Positions 1 through 10,287 of a DNA stretch of 64,000 bases are shown here, in pieces. A program made the translations under genes and the position numbers. This DNA comes from Salisapilia sapeloensis CBS 127946. Its lineage: Eukaryota > Protista > Oomycota. Location: assembly GCA_023334545.1 (NCBI GenBank), contig JAADVB010000070.1, positions 1-64,000 on the forward strand. Direction: 5' to 3'. The notes below the pieces were generated by a model. The model had not been told where the DNA came from. It saw nothing but the letters and a program-made list of their open reading frames with translations, and did no database searches. Numbering within the stretch: position 1 is the stretch's first letter; each line of letters opens with the position of its first letter.

Positions 1-355
1 GCCCGAGTGCTTTCATTCGGTCGAGAAACTAGACTCGAGGAAGATTCTGGGCCGCATGCCGCCGTTCCTCTGCGTGCACCACCTGATTTATGTCCACGTC
101 TCGCTGCTCTACACCGCTGCCAAACCCGGAAAGCAAATCTGGTCGGACGCGATGGCTTAAGTTGACGTCGCAGTGGATTCAGAAGGGTGTTGAAATTATT
201 TTATCAGTATACTGGTGGGTGCACGACCAGACTCCGGGTTGAATGCGACGGACGAGTACGGCGAGATGGCAATGTCGCATAGAACAATCGAATGTACAAA
301 ACGACATAGTCAAGAGATTTGTAAATCACGAGACGTTTCGAATCAAACATGTTGG

Positions 356-1123
356 TTAAACGCTACCGACCAAAATGACCCACACTGCTTTCCCATCCCC
401 GCACTTGACATTCGAGTCTTTCGCGTATCCCCAGACGTTATAATCTCCCAGAATGACGGATGCATGAGAGCTATCGGGGGTCACGAATGGCTGGACGATG
501 TCAGGCACTGTGTCACTTTTATCTCGCACCATATGCAGCACTTGCACTCTATCGTTAAACCCGTATTTGGCGACTGGTTTCTCTTGGAACTTTGCATCTC
601 CTTTTGGGCATTGTCGAGCCATCTCCTGCGCAATCAGCATCAGTCTCACATCGACTCCAAACGCATCCTTGCCACTTCCTTTTCTAAAAAACTCTAGAGA
701 CTTGGCCATTTTGTCGCCGTCGGGGCCAGAAAGTAGGTTCTCAGTGTAAATTGGAGCTGTGATATGGGATTCCGTGTCCAAATCCAACGCTTTGTGTTCA
801 TTCAGAGTGAATTCTTCTCTCGTGAAGCCACAGTTGGAGGCAGAGTGCATCCGCACGGTGTTGTTTCTTCCTTTCTTGTACGAACAAGTCCCTCCGTTCT
901 TCACGTACCATGCCCAGTGGGTGCATTCCGGAAGCCAAAGACACGTTTCGCCACAATTCGTGTTCTCGGTAGCCTGTTCCAGTAGTGTCTGGCCATCAAA
1001 GTCGCATCCGTAGTCCCATTGGATCTTATTTTCCATATAAGGTATCCATGCATGCACCTGGTAGACTAGGAGCAAGCAGTGAGCAGCTACTAGCAGTAGT
1101 GGGAAGAGCGCTATCCCCTTCAT
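356..1123 (-). CDS. Secreted protein: signal peptide + PAN/Apple domain + degenerate CAP/SCP-like domain
   Basis: Hydrophobic N-terminus MKGIALFPLLLVAAHCLLLV. The segment CDFDGQTL..CGETCLWLPECTHWAW..NGGTCSYKKG has the oomycete PAN_4/Apple cysteine pattern. The C-terminal half (FRKGSGKDAFGVDVRLMLIAQEMARQC..SSHASVILGDYNVWG..VWVILV) loosely follows CAP/SCP landmarks. Confidence 0.7.
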   Translation of the reverse strand: MKGIALFPLLLVAAHCLLLVYQVHAWIPYMENKIQWDYGCDFDGQTLLEQATENTNCGETCLWLPECTHWAWYVKNGGTCSYKKGRNNTVRMHSASNCGFTREEFTLNEHKALDLDTESHITAPIYTENLLSGPDGDKMAKSLEFFRKGSGKDAFGVDVRLMLIAQEMARQCPKGDAKFQEKPVAKYGFNDRVQVLHMVRDKSDTVPDIVQPFVTPDSSHASVILGDYNVWGYAKDSNVKCGDGKAVWVILVGSV

Positions 1124-1349
1124 CTTTTACCCTACCAACTTGAAATGTTGCGAAATTGGACTCGTCTCAGTCATTTGACGCACCGCTGTATTTAATTTAA
1201 TTTGTTTATATGATGGCTACGATTCAACCATTCGTTTATATATGCAATTCGTATCATACGTTTAACACCGATTTGGACCATCGAAGACCTCGAAACGGTG
1301 GAGCAGGCTTCACCTACTTCCTTCTCTTCCTCTTACCTTTCCGACGGTG

Positions 1350-2990
1350 ATGGCGGCAACAAAAGATACAGAGAATGGAGGTTCAACTGCGACGAACGGC
1401 AACGGTCATGAAGTTGGCGGGTTGGAGCAAGCCATCCAGGAAGCTATGACGAAACTCATGAATGTCAGTTCGTCTTTCAAAGACCTCCAGCCGGGAGGTG
1501 CCGATGCAGTCCCATCGACTCGTGAGTCCACTATTGACATGATGAACCATTATCTACGTCGCCTCCAGCTCGAAGACACTGTGCAGAACAAATTATCTGT
1601 TATTCACATCGCTGGCACGAAAGGCAAGGGGTCCACTTGCGCCATGGTCGAACGCATCCTGCGTGACGCTGGCTACAAAACAGGACTTTTCACCTCCCCG
1701 CATCTCATTTCCCCATGCGAACGTTTCCGCATCAACGGCAAACCCATTGCCGAGCGACTTTTTATGCAATCCTTTGAAAAAGTATGGGACGGCCTCGAAC
1801 GCACGCAGCACTTGAGCGGAGAGCACCCGCCCATGGCTTGGTTCTTCCGCTTCATGACGTTGCTAGCACTACAGATTTTCGTGGACGAAGACGTTGACGT
1901 CGCCATCTTGGAAGTCGGTATTGGCGGCCGACTGGACGCCACGAACGTCATCACGCGACCCGTCGTGTGCGGCGTAACGACGTTGGACCTGGATCACACC
2001 CAGATTCTTGGGGAAACGTTGCCGGAGATTGCGTACGCCAAGGCCGGTATCTTCAAGTCAAATGTCCCGGCCTTTTGCGTGCCCCAAGAACCTTCTGCTA
2101 TGGACAAAATTCGAGAGTGTGCAAAGGAAACGCAGACGCCGCTCTATGAAATTCCGACGCTGGACGGTCTAGGTCCGAACGGCAGGGATCTCCAGTTGGG
2201 TATGCAAGGCGACTACCAGCGCTCGAACGCTGCGCTTGCTGCCTTCCTCGCATTCACGTGGCTTGCGCACAAGAGCGGAGAGGAACATGGCAAAGTGGAC
2301 TGTAGCCAGGTCCTAACGCCACCGATTCGCCATGGGTTGCAGAAGGCATTCTGGCCTGGCAGGGCGCAATCGATGGTCGACCCGACGGCCTCAAACATTG
2401 CATACCATATCGACGGAGCGCATACGTTCCGCAGTCTCGAGTGTTGCGCGGAATGGTATCGCTCCGTCACGGGTGCAAGTGGGAAGCGCCGGAAAGCTCT
2501 CGTGTTTACGATCCACCACGAGCGGAACGTTGCCAAGTTACTTCAGCCGCTGCTCCCGCTCGGCTTTGATCGCGTCTACTTTTGCCCGACCAAGGCATCT
2601 CGGCCGAGTAAAGTCACAGAGCACACGTTTTCAGGCGCTCTGTCTGCCGCTGGTCTGGATGAAATCGTAGCCAAGTACAGTGAGCAGGAGGTCGCACAGC
2701 TAGATGACGTTGCGGACGCTGGGCGGGTGCGCTGGCAGACGACGTTGGCTCGTGTCTGGACGGCGCTGCATCGTCACTTTAACAATATGAGCGAGAAGGA
2801 AGAGATGGAGGAAGGCGATGGCGTGGAGACGCGTCATAAGCCGAAGCAATTTGTGAGCGTGAAGGGCAACGTCGTGGACTGTATCGAGGAGCTTCGGCAA
2901 CTGGAGGAGGAGCGAGGGTGGGACGTGCTTGTCACAGGATCTCTCTATCTCGCAGGGGAAACCCTTTCGTTCTTGCAATGGCAAGAGTAG
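1350..2990 (+). CDS. FPGS: Folylpolyglutamate synthase
   Basis: IHIAGTKGKGST P-loop, GLFTSPHL..ERFRING, EVGIGGRLDATN, WPGRAQ, DGAHT and VLVTGSLYL motifs. Intronless; first ATG is at 1350 (the ORF track starts at GTG 1347). Confidence 0.95.
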   Translation: MAATKDTENGGSTATNGNGHEVGGLEQAIQEAMTKLMNVSSSFKDLQPGGADAVPSTRESTIDMMNHYLRRLQLEDTVQNKLSVIHIAGTKGKGSTCAMVERILRDAGYKTGLFTSPHLISPCERFRINGKPIAERLFMQSFEKVWDGLERTQHLSGEHPPMAWFFRFMTLLALQIFVDEDVDVAILEVGIGGRLDATNVITRPVVCGVTTLDLDHTQILGETLPEIAYAKAGIFKSNVPAFCVPQEPSAMDKIRECAKETQTPLYEIPTLDGLGPNGRDLQLGMQGDYQRSNAALAAFLAFTWLAHKSGEEHGKVDCSQVLTPPIRHGLQKAFWPGRAQSMVDPTASNIAYHIDGAHTFRSLECCAEWYRSVTGASGKRRKALVFTIHHERNVAKLLQPLLPLGFDRVYFCPTKASRPSKVTEHTFSGALSAAGLDEIVAKYSEQEVAQLDDVADAGRVRWQTTLARVWTALHRHFNNMSEKEEMEEGDGVETRHKPKQFVSVKGNVVDCIEELRQLEEERGWDVLVTGSLYLAGETLSFLQWQE

Positions 2991-3494
2991 GTTTTTGAAT
3001 GTAGGAGCAACCATCGTTTGCGCAACGAACGTCGCTGGCGTCCAAGGTACGAGGCCAGTCACGTGCAGTTCCGTGAACACATTTCGAAAGAGTTGAATGC
3101 AATGGTTTTTACGACGTTCACCTTGTACAATCAGTCTGGAAGTGTTCGAATTGCAATGTTTCTCTTTATTGTTCCTATATACGCAGTGAAGAAAAGCTGC
3201 GGAAAGTAAAGGCAATCGTCTTATCAGTGTATAAGACGTAGAGCTACAAGTGGCTATTAGGATTTTATCTTGCAGGCAGCGAAGCCTTTGTAGCGTCTCG
3301 ATGAGAACATGCTAGATAGGTTGAGTAAAGAAACACGATACATCCAACTCTTGCACTAAGCACGAGTACTATTCTTCCTGCTTTCTGCATACCATAAGTC
3401 TATCGCGCCATCTACACATCTATCGGAACTACGCTTGTCCTCCAAACGCAGCACAAACCAAGCCAAAGACCAAGGTATATTGAAATCGTCTCAT

Positions 3495-5030
3495 CTACTG
3501 AAAGAGCTTTAGACTGCGGTCCATGGATGTGGACGCCAAATAGGTCGAGTCCGGCGCGAACTCGGCCGCCGTCACGCTCGCCTTGTGGTCGCTCCAGCTC
3601 TGCACCACGCCCCACTGGCCCTTGCCCTGCTCCTTGAACACATGCAGCTGATTGCATGCCACGGCGAGGTGGCTCGCGCTCGGGTCGAAGCTCACACTCT
3701 TCACACTACCTCCATCCTTCTTCGCCTTGAAGACAGAAGACAGGTCAATTTCACTCACGCTCTTCAGCTTACGCAGGTCCCACAGCTTGACCACGCCAGA
3801 GTCATCTCCCGACGCGAGCATGTATCCGTTATCAGCAAACGCCAGCGTCTGGACGGCCGTCGCGTGTCCGGAGAAGGAAGCTGCGTGCGAGAGAGATCGT
3901 AGGTCCCACATGTCGACGCTTCCGGTTTTGGAGGCAGTGCTAAAGATCCCTCCATCCGGATGGAAACACGCGTCTAGGAGCGCCGTCTCGTCCTCATGCG
4001 CAACCTTCTGGACAATGTTGCGTCCGTCCGTCAGGTCCGAGATCATCCACGTTCCATCGTGGGAAGACGAGAGGACGTAGTCTCCGGTCGCGTGGACAGA
4101 AGCAGACGACACGTTACTCGAGTGGCTGCTCAGCGTCTGGATAGCACTATACTGTCCGTCGGCATCACTCCCCCACACTTTAACGCTCTTGTCGTCCGAA
4201 GACGTCACGAGCAGATCTGCCGAGTGGTGGAAAGCGACGCTGTTCACCTGCTTACTGTGGCCTTTCAATACACTCGCGACCTTTTCCTGCTTCAGGTCAA
4301 AGATACGAGCAGTGTGGTCGACACCGGCCGTCACGATCCGACTGAACCCTTCCTTCGGATCGATGGAAACGTCCAAGACGCCTGGCTTGGAGCTGTCGTG
4401 CGCCGTGTGGCTGCCACTGCACTTCCAGCCACTGACGTCTCCTAGTTTCTCCATTAGCATCGGTCCTGTCTTCTTCTTAAACTCCTTTCGAGACTTGGCC
4501 AGCGCCTTCTGCTTGGCTTCGATCGTCGCCAGCGCCTCGGGACTGAATCCGGACGGAGCCTCCATGCTCTCGTCCTCTGCCTGCGTATGCTTGGACGCTA
4601 GTTTCTGTCGTAGATCCGCGTTCTCTGCATTTAGACGAGCAATGACGCGGCAGGCAGCGTCGTGCTGGTACAGAGCGTGAGAGAGCTCTTGTCGAGTCTG
4701 CTCCAAGTGTTTCTTTAAGTTAAATGTCTCGAGCATGGCGGCGTCCCACTCGTTCTGGAAGGTCGAGAGGAGAGACGGGATGCTACTCGCCTCGGCACTC
4801 AGGACGCTATTATCGCTTTTGCTAGCTCCATTGACGGATGGCTTATTCGCATGCGCAAGTGTCTGAATGTCGATCAAGTCCGATGAAGCATCTAGCTCTT
4901 CATTCGTGACGGGGCACCGGTTCTCATTCTGCTCCAAGTACTTGAGCAATAGCCGTTTTTCATAAATGTGGCCGTTCTTGGAGACCACGACTGGCTCCTG
5001 GGGTACCTGTCCACTAAGACTGCAAAGCAT
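3495..5030 (-). CDS. PRP19: Pre-mRNA processing factor 19 (U-box, coiled coil, WD40 repeats)
   Basis: N-terminal U-box MLCSLSGQVPQEPVVVSKNGHIYEKRLL, then the diagnostic SIPSLLSTFQNEWDAAMLETFNLKKHLEQTRQELSHALYQHDAACRVIARL, followed by WD40 repeats. Confidence 0.96.
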   Translation of the reverse strand: MLCSLSGQVPQEPVVVSKNGHIYEKRLLLKYLEQNENRCPVTNEELDASSDLIDIQTLAHANKPSVNGASKSDNSVLSAEASSIPSLLSTFQNEWDAAMLETFNLKKHLEQTRQELSHALYQHDAACRVIARLNAENADLRQKLASKHTQAEDESMEAPSGFSPEALATIEAKQKALAKSRKEFKKKTGPMLMEKLGDVSGWKCSGSHTAHDSSKPGVLDVSIDPKEGFSRIVTAGVDHTARIFDLKQEKVASVLKGHSKQVNSVAFHHSADLLVTSSDDKSVKVWGSDADGQYSAIQTLSSHSSNVSSASVHATGDYVLSSSHDGTWMISDLTDGRNIVQKVAHEDETALLDACFHPDGGIFSTASKTGSVDMWDLRSLSHAASFSGHATAVQTLAFADNGYMLASGDDSGVVKLWDLRKLKSVSEIDLSSVFKAKKDGGSVKSVSFDPSASHLAVACNQLHVFKEQGKGQWGVVQSWSDHKASVTAAEFAPDSTYLASTSMDRSLKLFQ

Positions 5031-5216
5031 CTCGACTGGTAGGAGATATCGACAGGATAAAGGAGGAAGTAGACCGTAGATACGTCGAGTACGGGCTTTT
5101 TGCTGTCCCTGTCCAATGGTGATTTTTATAGTTTTAGCTATTTTGTGACAAAAGATAAATGTACGCTACTAATAGGAAAGGTAGAAATGTACATTTGTGA
5201 ATGGCTACGAGATGGC

Positions 5217-6419
5217 TTAGAAGAGTTCCGATGTGGCATTCGCACTCGTGGCGTACCGGATGATGCGACCCATTAGACTAGCCTCCTGCGCTGCTGTCTC
5301 AGAGCTTTTGACTCGGTTTAAAAGTTGCTGTCTAGCTTCTCGCTCACGAACAACGTCATCTCCTTGAAGATCTATTTCCCTCGGTACATACAATGCTCCG
5401 CATCGTTTAACAATTTGCCTAACACTCTCATCCGCCTCTTTGTCTAAGAATGCTGTAAAACTCGACTTATCTGCGCATGAGAGCAAGTCACTGGAGGCAA
5501 CTAACGCCTTCTTGCTATCCGTCATGTCTGCTACTAGAGACCCAACGACAGTTTCCAGTGACTCCTGCACCAGCCTCGAATCCGCTGCTTTGACCAGCTT
5601 CAATAGCTGCTGCTCTAATTTGCTAATCAACACACTATTCTTATCCAATGCCACGAGCGCATTTAACGAGACATCGAACGTCGATCCAGACGCATCACTC
5701 GTCCAGCCACTCTGTCCGGCCACAAGCGGAAAGCTATTTAACCTATCCAACTGGGACTGCAGAGTGATGGTGTGGAAACCTGCGTAGGCAATGCCTCCAT
5801 ATTGCTTTAAGAGGCGTAGCATAATCAGTAGCTCCTGCAGCTGCCGTACCTTTAAAATGCCCATCTCATCCATTAGATGCGGTGGCAAGGTGAATAGTTG
5901 TACTTGATGTCGCGATAGAAACCTCTGGCAATAAGAGTACCACCGACCTTTTGGTTCATAGTCGACGTAGTGAAGGTAGATCTGGTAAGGTTCTAATACA
6001 GATCGAGCTGATCGCATTGCCGCAAAGTCCAAAAAAGAAAACCCGTCGTCGAATACATCTTGAGAAGCCGATGCATTCGTACCGACAGACGATAAAGGCA
6101 CATAGACAAAGTGCACAAGGGGCTTCTCATGGCTGCTTGACGCTGGTTTCCCATTGCATTCGTTAATCCAGTACTGTCGACTGTCAGGGTGTAGCAAATC
6201 ACTGCTTGGGACGTTATAACAAGCGCCAAGAGCGCTCTTCACATTTGCAGTCGCGTAGATCTCTTTCCGAAATGCTCTCGGCGGTTGACCCATTTCCAAT
6301 GCAAAGAAGTTGTAGATAAGGAGGGGAAGGATGACAAAGAAGAACACGACACCCAAAAGTAGATGGCGTAGTACTCGTTGCGTTGGGAGGGAGCCCCGAG
6401 TCGCCCGAGATAACGCCAT
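5217..6419 (-). CDS. Type II membrane protein, glycosyltransferase family 32-like
   Basis: One N-terminal TM segment (LLLGVVFFFVILPLLIYNFF). FSFLDFAAMRSA..IYLHY..EPKGRWY and LRLLKQYGGI resemble GT32/DXD-family motifs. ATG at 6419 (the ORF track starts at TTG 6443). Confidence 0.6.
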   Translation of the reverse strand: MALSRATRGSLPTQRVLRHLLLGVVFFFVILPLLIYNFFALEMGQPPRAFRKEIYATANVKSALGACYNVPSSDLLHPDSRQYWINECNGKPASSSHEKPLVHFVYVPLSSVGTNASASQDVFDDGFSFLDFAAMRSARSVLEPYQIYLHYVDYEPKGRWYSYCQRFLSRHQVQLFTLPPHLMDEMGILKVRQLQELLIMLRLLKQYGGIAYAGFHTITLQSQLDRLNSFPLVAGQSGWTSDASGSTFDVSLNALVALDKNSVLISKLEQQLLKLVKAADSRLVQESLETVVGSLVADMTDSKKALVASSDLLSCADKSSFTAFLDKEADESVRQIVKRCGALYVPREIDLQGDDVVREREARQQLLNRVKSSETAAQEASLMGRIIRYATSANATSELF

Positions 6420-6473
6420 TTTAAATCGACTTGATTGTGCCAAAAGAAAAGATAACTGATGAAATATATTTAT

Positions 6474-7050
6474 TTAAGACGAAGGAGGTCGAGGCAAGAG
6501 TCTTGTCATTGTACTCGCTACTTGTTGGTCTTGAGGGTAAACTTGCGAGTGAGTCTGCGGCGCTTCGTTTGAGTCGACTGGAAATCGTGGGGGTAGCTGC
6601 ACGACTCTCGTGTACTGCTGAGAGTAGGGACGAGAAGTCATCTGAGTAGACAACGGTGGTAATTTAATGTCCGACTGGAATAATGGTCCATTGTGGAAAA
6701 AGTGGGGATCCGTTTGGGGTGTAGAAGGCATGGAAGCGACTTCTTCGATATCCCGACCTTCTCTTCTAGCTTGAGCTTTCACCATTCTGTACGGCCAACG
6801 ATATTGCCGTCGTTGGCAAATACGCTTCAAGGTGATCGGGGCAACTCCCAATGCTCGAGCCGCCTACCGAAACACGTATAGATTAGCTATAGGTAGAATA
6901 TTATAAAATAAGAATTATTAAAGAAACCTCGTCTTGTCGAAGGTGTCGATATTGGTGCAAAGTCTCGATCGAAAAATCATAAATGCGACGGCTCGGACGA
7001 CGAAAGTGCCGACGATCTCGATGTTGTGCATAGTTTGAGATATATGTCAT
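6474..7050 (-). CDS. RWP-RK transcription factor A (2 exons; intron 6864-6927)
   Basis: Splicing a 64-nt GT..AG intron gives MTYISNYAQHRDRRHFRRPSRRIYDFSIETLHQYRHLRQDE|AARALGVAPITLKRICQRRQYRWPYR, a complete RWP-RK domain. The ORF track shows only exon 2. Confidence 0.88.
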
Positions 7051-7956
7051 ACCAGTATCAAAGTCAGACTGAATTACGCTGCGTAGGAAAAGAAGAATTT
7101 GAAAGTGAACAGAGTTCTAGAATCCAAACGCTTGGCCTGAATCGAGGAGAGGAAAATCTATTGACTTTTATGTCAGATCGAGATAGTTGCAGGACCTCTG
7201 TTCGAGCAAGATGCCCGTCAGAGTTGCTATTGATTTCTATGGATATGTCCGTACATGTCAATATCCTGTCCAACTTACCACCTAGTTAAGATACAGATAC
7301 AAGGCCAAGTTTCCGCTACACACCTATTAAACTAGCTCCTAGTTGATTGTGGTCCATGTGAAGCGATGCGATTGAACCGGGTCCTCTTAGCGTTTGGCAC
7401 AGACATGAGAGCTGAAGAGCGATTCATAGTAGTGTGAGCATGGCAGAAGTTTAATAAGTTTATCGTAGTTGTTTGGTATGGGCAGAACCAACCGCTATGC
7501 ATGTAAATCATGCTAGTGCAGAGAAAGCTGTCATCCAAAGAAGCAGAGTAATGACACGGCCGCAGTAACCGAGCAAGATAGTCAGAGGATGTGTAGGAAG
7601 ATTGGACTTCAACTTTGACAAGATGATTTACCACGTACAGTGTGCGGTCAAAGTACGTAAAAAACGCCTCTATCGTCCACAAAGTCTAGCTACAACGAAT
7701 GAAAATACGTTTTAAAAATGTGAAAAAAATACATGAGGGAACTTATGATCTAATGAGGCAACATCCAAGTTCTATTTATGGTAACCTGTACAGGTACTCG
7801 TCTCTGATCTTGTTATAAATAGCAGAACCTTTTACGCCATCTACTTGCTTTAGACCCATTTGCACTTTGACCTCTATAAACAAAGGTACATAATGTTCCC
7901 ATGAACTGTAAGACTTCAATTGATGTCTCTTGCATAGGTCCAGGCTACAAATATTG

Positions 7957-8692
7957 ATGACATTAAACCATCGCCGAACATCCGTGCATCCTAACGCCAG
8001 CATTTGGAATGATGCAGCACAAGAATATTGGAAGGAGATGGAACCTCGAAAGCCATATAGGAGGCTCTGGCGATATACTTTAGGACTACTGATAGTGATC
8101 GCAATCACCTCAGCAATACTATTTGGTATTGAAGATAGTCAGAAAGATCTTGTCATCGTTAAATTAGAAGAGATACAACAAAGTATTGCCAACTTCGATC
8201 TCGGAATCGAATGGCTGGGCACTATGAAAGAGCACACTCGTAAATCGTGGGAAGACACCGCAGATCTCGATTACTCTGAACTACGTGCGAAATGTCGCGA
8301 GAAAGCTGTTCGGTCAAGGTGGCATGAAGATTCATGCAGTCGCAGATGTGCCAGGTAGACATCTATCTTAGGAAGCTATAATGTGCTTAATTATAACTAA
8401 TTAAATTTGCTATAGAGAACGCTTGCATGGAGAATGCATGAATGGCTGCTCGTATGGATCCATAACGATCACTAAGAATACATGCGATTCGCTCGACTTT
8501 AGAAAAGCCTCCGCTCAACAAAGATGCACAGATAAGGTCGATTGCGTTAGCGCGTGCAAGACGTACGAAACCACGAAACATGCGAAAGGATCCATGAAAA
8601 CTTGCGAACAAGCTTGTGTAAACATTTTGGGTCCAGCGTGCTCACGCGTGCTGCAGATATCTCGGGGACTGTACACGACACACGGAAACTAA
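7957..8692 (+). CDS. Type II membrane protein with Cys-rich C-terminal domain (2 exons; intron 8355-8415)
   Basis: TM segment LGLLIVIAITSAILFGI. A 61-nt intron GTAGAC..TATAG joins ORFs 7930-8358 and 8423-8692 in frame (CAR|ERLHGECMNGC). The C-terminal part has 12 Cys. The start could alternatively be ATG 8038. Confidence 0.7.
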
Positions 8693-9768
8693 CGATGTCG
8701 TGGGAGCTTGGGACAGAGCGATAGAAGGGATATTCGCTAGATAATAGCAAGAGCATGGTCTAATCGACAGGACGAATATGGATGCAAGCAAAATGAATTA
8801 AGCTACTATAAAGTTTCTTCTTGGCTTACATCGACTTTATTGTGGGTTCGCTCTTCCTCGCCACGAGCTCAAACAAGCCTCTACCATAAGACTAACAAAC
8901 GATACAGACTATCGTATCATCTTCATAGAAGGTAGGATGGGCAGTAGACTTTGCGCAGAATGAATTGTGTCATCAGAGGGCAGAAATCTTCGATGCTTTC
9001 ATTGGACTATGTATTGAGATCTATACATCGTGTCGCTCTACGCTGGATTAATGAAAACTATGTACGCTCAATCCGGAAGGAAATCTTCGGAATGAAACCC
9101 AGAAACGCTTCAGCACATATCGTTGAGAACGATAAGAGATCAGTGGTTTATCCAAGAGGATACGCTCTATAGGATGCGTATCTCGAGCGCGAAAGCCAGG
9201 TATCACGAGACTTTTATTTGAAACAAATTGTATGCATGAGCAGCTGACCATCTAGCAACTTATGGATGTGAATTTCGCTTTCTACAAGGAATCATTCCAA
9301 GTCGAAGGCGATATAATGAGCCAATTGATTTTAATAAGAGACATGAGCTATTCAAGTAGATCCCGTGGATGCTTGAGTGGACATGAAAGGCATAAGAGAC
9401 AGAATATACACTTGATTTGAGACCTTCAGTAATTGAAAATATGGTTGGCGCATACCCACTGATGAAGTACGTTGCTATCTTTCATCTTGACGACCAAGGC
9501 CTCGGTTGTTGTTGAGTGTCATGGGTTATCCCATCACCTTTCAAGACACCCACTTCTGCACGATTTAATATATGCATATCGTAAGGTTAGCACACTCCAC
9601 TATCAGAGGTTTGGAATGTCTTAAAAGCTATCAAGTACGGATGAGATCAACCTAGGTCGAACCTTGTATCGACATTTCGACGGTTTGCACTTCTAGTATC
9701 GACCTGGATCCATTTCAGTCATTTCCAAATCTCCTCTTTACTACCAACATCAGCTTTCTGGATATACG

Positions 9769-10287
9769 ATGGACCAACTAGCAAAAGCTTGCGAATATGT
9801 CAAAGACAATGAAAATTCTTTCGTCTTTGGCTTCCACTCTCCAACAAAACAACCTTTACGAAGCTTCCAGTCTCAATATCTGCACCCAGTGCAACCATCG
9901 AAGAAAAGGAGACCTACCAAGACCAGCAAAACAACGCGTGTCATCTACGACTTTACTTACGAGCAGCTCCAAAAGTGCTTTCATATGTCTCAACGAGATG
10001 CTGCCAAGTACTTTGGCGTTGCTGTTATCACGATGAAAAGGATTTGTAAGCGAAAGGGGATCCGCTGGCCGTATCGAGAAGCTAAAGCTCACCTCAACAG
10101 GCTGAAAAAAGAGCGCCAACGACGACTGCCAGCGTTTCTTCACGTCCAAGAGCACATCTATAAAAATGACTTTGTACCGCCTAATGATCGATCGTCTAGC
10201 GGTCTCATTTACGAAAGCACAAAAGCGGCGAAACAGCTTCGACTGATGCCGTTTCTATGCATGGCGGAGCAGCATGAAAACCACTAA
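9769..10287 (+). CDS. RWP-RK transcription factor B (intronless)
   Basis: VIYDFTYEQLQKCFHMSQRDAAKYFGVAVITMKRICKRKGIRWPYR. Confidence 0.92.
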   Translation: MDQLAKACEYVKDNENSFVFGFHSPTKQPLRSFQSQYLHPVQPSKKRRPTKTSKTTRVIYDFTYEQLQKCFHMSQRDAAKYFGVAVITMKRICKRKGIRWPYREAKAHLNRLKKERQRRLPAFLHVQEHIYKNDFVPPNDRSSSGLIYESTKAAKQLRLMPFLCMAEQHENH

